Both the position numbers and the translations under genes were made by a program. The notes beneath the pieces are model-generated. The model was not told where the DNA came from and did no database searches. It was given only the letters and a program-made list of their open reading frames with translations. From Octopus sinensis (Eukaryota), in assembly GCF_006345805.1 (NCBI RefSeq), contig NC_042999.1:168206001-168270000 (forward strand): a stretch of 64,000 bases of DNA, given 5' to 3'. The number at the start of each line of letters is the position of its first letter. Within the stretch, counting starts at the first letter, position 1. Of this stretch, positions 53,612 to 64,000 are shown piece after piece.

Positions 53612-53929
53612 CTACAACAAATTCAAAATAAATATATTTAAATACACCTGATATATCAATATCAAATTTTGCAATGATTTCTATTATAAAGTGCAACAAT
53701 TTTCCCTTTAAATTCAGTAATTATCTCGGAATTCACCAAACTTGATTAGCATCATATTATTTAAATTATGCAGTTATTAAAACTGGACCTAGTTGCTAAA
53801 GATAAATGATTCAACTACTTCAAATTAAGAGAAAAGTTTTCTTTATTTTTAAACAAATTTAATTTTACTTTATTTTTAAAACAAAACTTTATTTCTATGT
53901 GAGTATTTTCATGTTGCTCCTCTTGTATT

Positions 53930-54622
53930 CATCACTACCATCATTGCTTAATGTCTGTTTTCTAGGCTGGCATGGGTTGGACGGTTTGACTGAGGTCTGG
54001 AGAGCCAACAGCTGCACCAGGCTCCAATCTAATCCGGCAATGTTTCTACAGCTGGATGCCCTTCCTAACGTCAACCACTCCAAGAGTATAGTGGGTGCTT
54101 TTTACATGCCACTGACACAGGAGCCAGTCAGGGGGTCTGGCATCAGCTACGATCAGTTGGTGCTTTTTACGTGCAACTGGCAGGGGAGTCAATCAGGTGG
54201 ACCTAGCATCAACCACGTTCGGATGGTGATTTTTATGTGCCAGTCAGGCGGCACTGGCTACAGCTACAATATTAGTTTTACTTGACTCAACCGGTCTTCT
54301 CAAGCATATCATATCGCCCGATGCATCAGGGGTATTCTTAAGAGGGCAGACATGTGTGGCTGCTATCTCACTTTAGTTGCCAGGTCTTTTCAATCACAGC
54401 ATAATTCTAAAGGTCCCGGTCTCCCATCATTGCCTCTGTGAGGCCCAATGTTCAAAGGTCATGCTCCACCATGTCATCTCATGTCTTCCTGGGTGGACCT
54501 CTTCCACAGGTTCCTTCTACAGTTAGGGAGTGGCACTTCCTCAGGGCAATCTACCTGAAGGGAGTTGTGATTTGACAGCCTTCCTACTTACTAAGACTTT
54601 GGTTTTTACTAGGTTAACCCTC
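53930..54622 (-). mobile_element. RTE 3' fragment with internal deletion
   Basis: RTE 3'UTR motif (ggatgcccttcctaacg) plus RT pieces LVKTKVLVSRK and GPPRKT. Confidence 0.75.
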
Positions 54623-54796
54623 AAAAAGGTTGGCAAATATTATTCTTCACTGACCCCTAATGTGAAGCAGCTGCGTCTAAGAATAGAAATAAATGAAGGT
54701 TTAAATATCATGGAATTTGTTTGCTAGTTGAATGACCACAATGTCTTAAATTTAAGCCTTGAAATTTTTTCAAATCTCGTTAGCAGCTTTGTTATA

Positions 54797-55219
54797 CTCT
54801 CTTTACTCTCTTTTACTTGTTTCAGTCATTTGACTGCGGCGATGCTGGAGCACCGCCTTTAGTCGAGCAAATCGACCCCGGGACTTATTCTTTGTAAGCC
54901 CAGTACTTATTCTATCAGTCTCTTTTGCCGAACTGCTAAGTGACGGGGATGTAAACACACCAGCATCGGTTGTCAAGCAATGCTAGGGGGACAAACACAG
55001 ACACACAAACACACACACGCACATATATATATATATATATATACATATATACGACGGGCTTCTTTCAGTTTCCGTCTACCAAATCCACTCACAAGGCTTT
55101 GGTCGGCCCGGGGCTATAGCAGAAGACACTTGCCCAAGATGCCACACAGTGGGACTGAACCCAGAACCATGTGGTTGGTAGGCAAGTTACTCCTGCACCT
55201 ATATGCCACTCCTGCGCCT
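54797..55219 (-). mobile_element. tRNA-derived SINE, major family
   Basis: Full-length reverse-complement match to the family. Confidence 0.88.
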
Positions 55220-55812
55220 ATATTGTTATGTTACAACTGCTTGTGGTAACAGTAGAATCCTAGTAAATTTGTGATGTTCAGCATCATCAGGAATACAAAT
55301 AATTCAAACAATGGAATATATTTTATGCTATGAGGGAAAGGAAAGTCTAACTTTAAAAGACAAATCCTTTACCAAAGAGAGATTAGATACAGCTGAATGA
55401 AACAGAAATGGAATACGACCAATTTATTTTAAATAATTTGAACTTGTTAGCTAAACCAATTCATATGAAAATTTTAAATTTACAAATCCTTCTGACACAT
55501 ACAAGAAGAAAGTCATGGATAGGAAAATAAATAATTAATTCTATCTATTGGCGTTAGGAAGGGCATCCAGCCGTAGAAACACTGCCAGATCAGACTGGGC
55601 CTGGTGCAGCCTTCTGGCTTCCCAGACCCCAGTTGAACCGTCCAACCCATACTAGCATGGAAAGCGGACGCTAAATGATGATGATGATGATGATGATGAT
55701 GATCCCAATCAGAATGGCAACGTTAAAGGGGATATTGTATGGAAAATGGTTTTAATAAAATAAATATGTTCTGATAAGAATATCATATGAGATTTAACAA
55801 AAAATCCTTAAC

Positions 55813-55906
55813 CTTTCTGATCTTCAGGAAGAGCATTTATACAGAAGCAGAGAGCAAGTCGTCGTAGAAGCTCTGATTGCTGCATATTATACAGGTACAT
55901 CATAGC
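55813..55906 (-). CDS. VEZT: Vezatin coding exon
   Basis: Acceptor ttgttatag. Encodes AMMYLYNMQQSELLRRLALCFCINALPEDQK (cf. QSSEFFRRLALLL). Donor gttaag, phase 1. Confidence 0.9.
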
Positions 55907-56042
55907 CTATAACAAACCAAAGTAGGAAAAATTCTTTAAGAAACGATGTTTATATCAATTATGATAAAGCAAATGCAGTTTTAAATCAAAGGGGTTGCCT
56001 TCACAATAAATTATTATTGCCAAAAGTTAAAAGAAGACTTAC

Positions 56043-56190
56043 CTTTAAAGCAGTAACAGAAAAGTCATCAGTCAGTTTACTTAAATTGTCATTATTGTCT
56101 TCACTAAGTTGCAGACTTGGTCCATAATCTTCCAAAGGAATATGAGCTAAATAAGTAGATGCCTTATCTACTTCTTCCACTAATGGATGT
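56043..56190 (-). CDS. VEZT: Vezatin coding exon
   Basis: Encodes HPLVEEVDKASTYLAHIPLEDYG...LTDDFSVTALK (cf. vezatin YPLNSESD...FTDGFSLPALK). Donor gtaagt, phase 0. Confidence 0.9.
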
Positions 56191-58743
56191 CTTTTGTTAG
56201 TCAAGAAAACTAAAGTAACATAATGGCTTTGATTAATAATTTGCACTGATTAAAAATTATTTTGGAAAACATACTAACAAATAAGAGAAGATAAACATTA
56301 TTTTCATATTAAAAAAAATGGAAATAAAATAATTTTACTGAATTATTTAAGTGAATATCTATTTTGGAAATTGTTCATTTCTGTGTAAATTATGAACATA
56401 ACATAGACGAAGTATTCTGGTTTGCAAGATCAGAATCAATATTCAGTGCAATAATTTTAAAATAATATTAATGATATAAGGTTTTCTTCTTTTCTAAATG
56501 AAATAGAAGAAACACTCCATGGTGCAATTCCAATTCTTCTACACCAGCAACTAAGGTATTTTTCAATGTTATTATTATTATTCAGGTCAGTGCCTGGAAT
56601 TGAACTTGGAATCTTGGTGTTAGTAGCCCACACTCTTAACCACTATGCCATATGCCCATGGCCAAATTACAGAGTGAATTTTAGGGCTTATAAATCTAAT
56701 ATTTTCCTATCCTTCCTTAATACACATTCCCATATACTACTCATATCTGCACTCGGTCTGCTTAGGAGGTTGTTGTGTCCTAGCATATGTGCTGCTTCAT
56801 TTAGTTTTTGCATTTTCCAGTGGTGTTCTCTGTCTCTTATTTTAACTTCATCCCACAGGGGGAGGTGGTCTCCATTTTTCCATACATGATCAGCTATAAC
56901 TGATTTATCAATATCTCCTCATGTCACAGCTTTGCAATGTTCCTCTACCCTTATTTTGAGGGGGCAGCATGTTTCGCCTTTGTATAACCTACCACAGCTG
57001 CATGGGATGGAGTACATGCAGTCTTTGGTCATATTCTCTTCTATTGGTGATTTTACTCGAAGGAGATATTTGCAAAGTGTTGTATTACTCTTGAATACTG
57101 TCCTGATGTCATATGGGCCACTTATCTTTTGTATCTTTTCAGAGAGGCCTTTCACATAGGGTAGACAGTTTATTGGTTTCATCCTCTCTTTTCTTCATAA
57201 TTGGAGTGGATAGTATACTTTTGGGGTAGTTGTTGCTTAATAGATTGTTATTGAGCTTGATCGTTTCTTCGTGGTGTGTATCATGATCGCTACTTATATC
57301 CTTTGCTCGATGTTTTGGGCCCTGAGCAATCCCTCTCTTTACACTGTGTGGATGGTGGGAACTGAAGTTAAAGTATCATCCAGTGAAGGTCGGCTTGCAG
57401 TATATGGATGTCCTGAATCCATACTTGGTACGTATTATTAATACATCCAGGAATGCCAGCTAACTGCATGGATGGCTTTATTGAGTTCACATGATCTAAC
57501 AGCATTTGAACATCTTCCTGGTGGAGCCACAGTATAAAGGTGTCAGCAACATATCGCAGCCATAAGGTTGGTTTTAGCAGTGTTGATTCTGAAGCCAAAT
57601 TCTCAAAGTATTCCATTTAATATATTGGCTATTATCGGTGATAATGGCGAACCCACAGCCAAACCCTCTTCTTGTTGATATATATCAGTGTCCATACTGA
57701 AATAGGTAGTTTCTACACAGAAGGTCAACATTTCCACCAAATTTCTTATTGGTATACTAGTGCGTTCTTTTAGATGAGTGTTTGTCACTAGTTTTCTTGA
57801 ATCACCGATAGTGCTTCACCAGTTGGGACTTTGGTGAACGGACTTATTACATTTAGACTTACCATCTGGTTGGATTCAATGGGGTATCCTTGATCAATTC
57901 TGTGAAGTGGGTGAAATTCTTCACGTACAATGTTGACTTTCCCAACTGGTGGTGTTGCTTCTATGCACTCATTATCTTGACTGAATCTTCCCCATAACAG
58001 TCCATAAAGCTGTCTGATAAAAAACCACTTCCCAACACACTACAACCACTACTAGCTCAGAGATGCAATTTTTCTTGTCTTCTACAACTATAACAGCTTG
58101 TGCTTCACTCACCTAAACAACTGCATACTACTTTCACCCAAACTTATCTCTTTCTTCATCCTTACAGTGTTTCATTCCTCTAAATCCAACACTAAATGCT
58201 TTGCCTAAATCTTCTAAGCCGCAATAATCTGAATTCCCTATCCATCCATAATTTTCTTACGTATATTAATCTACAGAGCTTCAAGTTGACCAACATTTGA
58301 CCAGACAGTGAAGACTTACAAAAAGTACAAATAATCAGAAAGCCATTTGAATTGTAATGATGTATCATCATCATCACCATTAATATTATAATTGCATTGC
58401 TTGAACAAGCACATTATAGCTTCATTTCAACCTTGTATCAGCCTAAGAATTACTCTCATCATTTGTATTCTTAGAAACTCACACATAGATAAGCAAATCA
58501 TTTCAGCATTTCTGTTATTTTCAAATTAACCCCTATATCATAAATTTTCCAAGGAATAATTTAAAGTTTAATGATAAAGTGACATGAAGCCATCCCAGTT
58601 TTCTAATCAGCTTAATGATGATGATTTCATGGTTTGTTTTCCTAGAGTCAGTCTGTTAGATTAGAATCAATATTTAGCGTACAAATTTGAAAATAATGTG
58701 AATGATAGATACAGTTTTCTTATTTTCTAAAAGAAAAGGATAC
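56191..58743 (-). other. U12-type (minor spliceosome) GT-AG intron of VEZT
   Basis: 5' site GTATCCTTT. Branch-like TTTTCTTGAC 9 nt before the end of the terminal AG, with no polypyrimidine tract. Splicing restores the frame (LR-I-HPL). Confidence 0.8.
56740..57950 (-). mobile_element. Penelope/Poseidon-type element, decayed RT plus GIY-YIG
   Basis: GLAVGSPLSPIIANI, WLRYVADTF, LPYVKGLSEKI, MYSIPCSCGRLYKGET...RVEEH. Confidence 0.87.
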
Positions 58744-58887
58744 ATTCTCAGGAGAATATTAGTTGATTTCCGGCAAAACAGCATATTACTACGAGCAGTG
58801 ATGAAGACTAATTTACGGAGTTCAGGACAAAGACGATTGTATTTGTAAGCAGACTGTCCAGATTTCATAGTCATCTGATTACTTACC
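58744..58887 (-). CDS. VEZT: Vezatin coding exon
   Basis: Acceptor ttgcag. Encodes VSNQMTMKSG...CPELRKLVFITARSNMLFCRKSTNILLR. Ends at U12-type donor GTATCCTTT; phases join both neighbours in frame. Confidence 0.85.
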
Positions 58888-58917
58888 CTGCAAAGTAAAG
58901 AAATTTGGTCTTACAAG

Positions 58918-59305
58918 TAATAATAAATAATAATGAAATTATTGTATACAGTGCTCAGGTGCACCACAACTTGTCAGAAAGTGCATATAAAGTACATGCA
59001 GTAATGTAGAAATGTCTGGAAAGTGAACATGCTTGTGTGTGTATGGAGGGGAGGAAATCAAGTGTAGTGTTGGCGAATCTCAGGAAGCATGGAAGTCTTG
59101 AAGGATGCAGTGCTCCGACAACTAACAACCGATGCCGGCAGTTTGTTCCACGCTTCAGCAACTCTCAGCGTGAAAAAATGTTTCCTGAAGTCATGGGAGC
59201 TGTGCTGTTTTCTTACTTTGTAAATATGTCCACAGGTGTTAGATGGGTGGAGTTTGAAGAGGTGCTCAGAGTTATTGTTTGTGCGATGGTTGATAATTTT
59301 ATGGT
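58918..59305 (-). mobile_element. CR1 LINE 3' fragment
   Basis: Same family as 43755-44210 (RKHFFTLRVAEAWNKLP). Confidence 0.82.
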
Positions 59306-59610
59306 GCCGTAAGAATCACACAAAAGTAATTCATATTAAAACAATTTCAAATAAGTTTGAAATAATAGGAGTTATTTTCATTAATTCTGCTTAGATTTTA
59401 AGTTCAAATTTAGAACTGTTACAAGTAATGTATATATTAAAGTTAGAATTTTAAAGATTTAAATTTACAGCAAATAAATTTAGTCACGAAAAGATTAAAT
59501 AATCATCAAATATATAAAAAAAGCAAGTAACAAGAAAAATTACTTTCTCTCCTTTTGAAACAATATTAATCAATGTTTGGTAATTTCCAAATGCAGAAGT
59601 TATCACTTAC

Positions 59611-59901
59611 AATGTAAATCCTCTTTGGACAAGTTCTACTTCTTGAATCAATCGCAATGATTTCTTGAAAAGCAAGTATGATTCCTCAATCTGTTGAACA
59701 AGGGCTTTGATACAGCTTGCTGTGTGTTTCAAATTTAATATGTGCCAAAGTATCCACAGTGAGAGGACAATCAGAAAGAGGATATAAAATTTTACTAATA
59801 CTCGAAACAGACAAATGTTTGGGTTCATAATAAGAATAGCAGCCACTGGACTGTAAAGGCACAATAAATACAGCGAAAGGAAGATAAAGATTGGGTACAA
59901 A
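59611..59901 (-). CDS. VEZT: Vezatin coding exon (transmembrane region)
   Basis: Acceptor tttttcag, donor gtaagt. Encodes two hydrophobic stretches then KKSLRLIQEVELVQRGFTL, resembling vezatin RKALRLIQETEVISRGFTL as recalled. Phase 2 to phase 2. Confidence 0.9.
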
Positions 59902-61549
59902 CTGAAAAATAAAACAGAATAAATCATGTTTTTTGTTATTTTAATCATTTCATATCATGGAGACAATCGAAAAATTTGTATCATAAACATTAAATATAAT
60001 GAAAATCTAAGGAAAACGGTAGGTCTTCTAAATTAATTCCTTAATATTTAGAATCTGTTAATCTAAATAGCAACTACACTTCCTACTGAATAAGTTTTAA
60101 AATAAAGTTGAAGGACATTTTGGACAACTGAAGTGTTTATTTCACCTGTTCAACAGAGAGGAAGGGAACATACTACAGAGCTACATATAAAAAAATGAAG
60201 AAGTCATTTTTGCATTAAATGTACACATAACTTATCCACAAATACACTAGCTCAATACTTCAATTAATATGTGGCACCAACTAATGTACCGATATGCAAA
60301 TGACCACAGGCAGAAAGTATTGTTCGTTATATTTTTCATAAGTAGCTGTATACTGTACCCTCTCAAAAGAACAGATGAAGTAAATATTTCTTGTCAAGCT
60401 TGTGAATGATAAGTGAAACCTAGTTGAGATGTTCTTCAATCCATTTTACAAGTATAACTATTCATCATTCAAAGGTTTTACTACCGGATCTATTTGCAGT
60501 GAGACAAAATTTATCTTTCTTAAAACACCTGCAGCTAAATTCATTTACAACTTACCAATGAACAATGTCTCAGTATTTTAGTTAACATATTAGCATAGTA
60601 CACCATTTTTATTTTGTTGACACTGCTTTAGGTAGAGTGTCTGCCCCTTGTAGCTATAATCTTGATGATAAAATCTCGCATTACTGTCACCATCTATCAT
60701 CATCATCATCATCGTTTAACATCCGTTTTCCGCGCTAGCACGGGTTGGACGGTTCGACCGGGGTCTGGGAAGTCAGGGACCGCACCAGGCTCCAGTCTGA
60801 TCTGGCAGTGTTTCTACAGCTGGATGCCCTTCCTAACACCAACCACTCCGCGAGTGTAGTGGGTGCTTTTTACATGCCACCTGCACAGGTGCCAGGGGGG
60901 TCTAGCATCGGCCACGATCGGTTGGTGCTTTTAACGTGCCACCGGCACGGAGCCAGCCAAGTGATAAAACATCATCATTGTCATTTTATCATCCCCTCTT
61001 CCATGGGTTGGACAGAGTTTATTGAGACAGATTTTATGGCTGGATGTCTTTTCTGTCCTCAACCTTCACCTGTTTCCAAGTAAGGTAATATTTCCCCATG
61101 GCTAGGCATGTTCTCACAGAATACTCAAAATGAATGACAGCTTATATTACAGTGACAACCGTTTTTACAACTATCACACAAAGTCAAGACAATGAGGCAT
61201 AAACACACACACACACATATGTATGTATATATATAAATATATTCTTAATATATAAAACTGAGAATGTGTCTATCTGTCTGTCTGTCTGTGTGAATCCCTA
61301 AAACTTGAGAACTACCCAATGATTTCATTCAAATTTCATACATGCTTTACTTGCAGTCCATGCAGTGTCATGGGCCAAAGAAATTTTCAACTTCTGCCAA
61401 ATGCGATCCCAGAGCAATCTATCTCTTATACTATTTCAGTATTACATGTCAAAAGTGAAACAATAGCATCGCTCTATTGTAATGTAAGATGCATTCAGTT
61501 TAATAGTTTCTCTATTAATACTAAACTATTAAAGTGAAACTATTATCTC

Positions 61550-61845
61550 ACATATATAATTCATATATATATACATGCATACATACATATATATATATAT
61601 ATCTGCACATATGTATGTATATGTATAGATGTATAAGTACAGAGGTGCATATCTATATATAGATTTATATGTATGTATATATATGTATAAATTCATGTAT
61701 GTATATATGTGTACATATATATGTATGTATATATATGTATAAATTCATGTATGTATATGTGTACATATATATGTATGTATATATATGTAAATTTATAGAT
61801 GTATATGTGTCTGTGTGTATGTATATATATATATACATATATATA
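61550..61845. repeat. (TA)n/(TATG)n low-complexity block
   Basis: Read directly from the sequence. Confidence 0.85.
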
Positions 61846-62292
61846 CACTGGGGGGAAAAAATTTCGTACATGTCAAAATTGTTTATTTATTTAATTTCTA
61901 ATGAACATAAATGGGATATACCAATACTATATTTGCATACACATGCATAAACTAAGAATATGCAAAAGAAACTAATAAATTATAGTAACAAATCAATTTA
62001 TATACAATTATAAATATTTAGGGATGAAAAAAGTATTCGTACAGAATAAATTTATGATTTTCTATGCCACAAAATACTGTTAAAATAATTCTTTTTACTA
62101 GAACATTTTCGTTTGTTCCAATGATCTTATCAGTTGTCATTTGTAAGTGTCAAAACACTAGCTTCTTCATTCAGCACTGAGACAACATAAAGTAGTATTG
62201 TAATAATGGCGAAAAGTAAAGAACTCACAAATTCAGTGAAAAACTTAATTATTGAACAGTGGAAAAGAGGTAAAAGTTACAGGAAAATAATA
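61846..62292 (+). mobile_element. Tc1-like transposon left end
   Basis: TA|CACTG start; repeated aaaaa(g)t(a)ttcgtaca motif near 61856 and 62027 (IR/DR-like); ORF start MAKSKELTNSVKNLIIEQWKRGKSYRKI. Confidence 0.6.
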
Positions 62293-62584
62293 ATATAAAA
62301 ATCTCTCCCACAAAGAAAAAACCTAATAAACATAAATATAAGACTATAGTAAATAACGAATCTTGAAAGAATATGGATAACATTAATCTTTCCCACCCTT
62401 ACTCAAATAAAAATTTCAAAAGAAAAAATGTATTAATAATGTAATATCCCCTTCAACTGTGCGATCTCTATGAATATATACGGCAGATTTATGTCTATAC
62501 TAGAAAAAAAAACTTCCCTGCTTCCCATAAATATTATAAAATAATTTCTAATAAATCAGTAAGAATATCATACCCTACTCTTCC

Positions 62585-64000
62585 AGCAGCCACGATCAGT
62601 TGGTGCTTTTTACATGCCACCCACACAGATGCCAATCAAGGCGGCGTTGGCATCAGCCACATTCGGATGGTGCTTTTTATGTGCCACCAGCACAGGTATT
62701 ACAACTACAATTTCCATTTGATATTTATTTTGATGTTGATGTACTTGACTCGATAGGTCTCCTAAAGCACAGCAGGTCACCCTAAAATCCAAGGTAAACA
62801 CAGCAGGTCATTCTCCGATCCAAGGTGCTTTGGATGCAAAACTGGTACAAGAAACAGCCATGAACTCACATTATTTGTCAGGTCTTTGCAGTCACAGTAT
62901 ATTTCCAGAGATCTTGGTCTTTCATCATTGCCTCTGTGAAGCGCAACATTCGAAGATCATGCTTGACCACCTCATCCCATGTCTTCCTGGGTCTCCCTCT
63001 TCCCCGGATACCTTCAACTGTTTGGGAGTGGCACTTCTTCACACATCTCTCCTCATCCATCCGCAGTACATGACCATACCATCGCAAGCGTCTCTCTTGC
63101 ACACCACATCCAATGCTTCTTATGTTCAGCATTTCTCTCAGGGCACTTACACTCTGTCGTGTGTGCACACTGACATTACACATCCAGCAGATCATGCTAG
63201 CTTCATTTCTTTCAAGCCTACACATGTCCTCTGCAGTCACAGCCGATGTTTCACTATTGTGAAGCATGGCAGTTCGCATACATGCATCGTACAATCTACC
63301 TTTCACTCTGAGCGAGAGACCCTTTGTCACCAGTAGGGGTAGAAGCTTTCTAAACTTTACCCAGGCTATTTGTATTCTAGTGGTGACACTCTCTGAGCAT
63401 CCACCTCCACTACTAACTTGGTCACCTAGGTAGAGGAAACTATCAACTACTTCTAGTTTCTCCCCCTGGAGTGTGATGGAATCTGTTTTCTGAGTATCCA
63501 TGGTGTCTATTGCCCCTGTGCATCTGCTGCATACGAAAGCTATCTTCTTGGTTAATTTTCCTTTGATGTTGCTGCACCTTTTATGCGTCCATAGCTTACA
63601 CTGGGTATATATTATGGAGTTTCTACCTACACCTTTTCTACAGATCGAGCAGGGCCACCTACCTGAGGGGGTGTGTGATGAGTTCGCCTTCCTGCTTACT
63701 ATAACTTTGGTCTTTGCTACATTTACTCTAAAGCCTTTTGATTCTAAACCTAGCTTCCACACCCAAAATTTCTTTTCTAGTTCCAGTAGTGATTCTGCTA
63801 TGAGGGCCAAGTCATCAGCATAGAGGAGCTCCCAGGGGCAATGTCTTGAATTTCTTTGTTATTGCCTGGAGGAATATGATGAATAGAAGGGGACTGAGGG
63901 CTGAACCTTGGTGGACCCCTACTTCTACCTGGAATTCTTCACTACATTCATTGCCAATCCTAACCTCTCTGCTTAGGGCCTGTACAGCCCTTATCAACAA
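62585..64000 (-). mobile_element. RTE-clade LINE, frameshifted, runs off window
   Basis: GVHQGSALSPLLF, YADD, same Cys-rich insert and C-terminus as the copy at 296-1939. Confidence 0.92.

Noticed and set aside
58325-58380. Box C/D snoRNA-like motifs in the U12 intron
   Set aside because: The TGATGA comes from a (GAT)n run, the CTGA is too close and there is no terminal stem.
60330-60530. Possible further upstream VEZT exon (acceptor-like ctgcag)
   Set aside because: All frames from that acceptor hit stops and none resembles the vezatin N-terminus. The 5' exons are probably outside the window.

Overview
AT-rich, repeat-dense animal genomic DNA. The tRNA-SINE, RTE, CR1 and Penelope content and the long (TA)n/(CATA)n tracts suggest an octopus or other coleoid cephalopod (inference). 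The main gene is vezatin (VEZT) on the minus strand: I traced ten coding exons from 59901 down to the stop at 30142 with consistent intron phases, and its 5' exons probably lie beyond the window. One VEZT intron (56191-58743) carries U12 minor-spliceosome signals. A possible first coding exon of a second minus-strand gene lies at 4227-4534. The rest is decayed RTE, CR1/L2-type, Penelope-like, mariner/Tc1, Helitron-like and Gypsy fragments, many SINEs and microsatellites. The top observation is in a VEZT intron (35306-38010): a ~350-nt Penelope-type retrozyme-like unit with a type I hammerhead ribozyme. It is interrupted, exactly at the stem I/CUGAUGA junction, by an ORF1-only (CCHC knuckle) non-LTR element with an 18-bp target-site duplication. 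The window also has several near-perfect local inverted duplications that could form dsRNA. All calls were made by eye; no searches were run.
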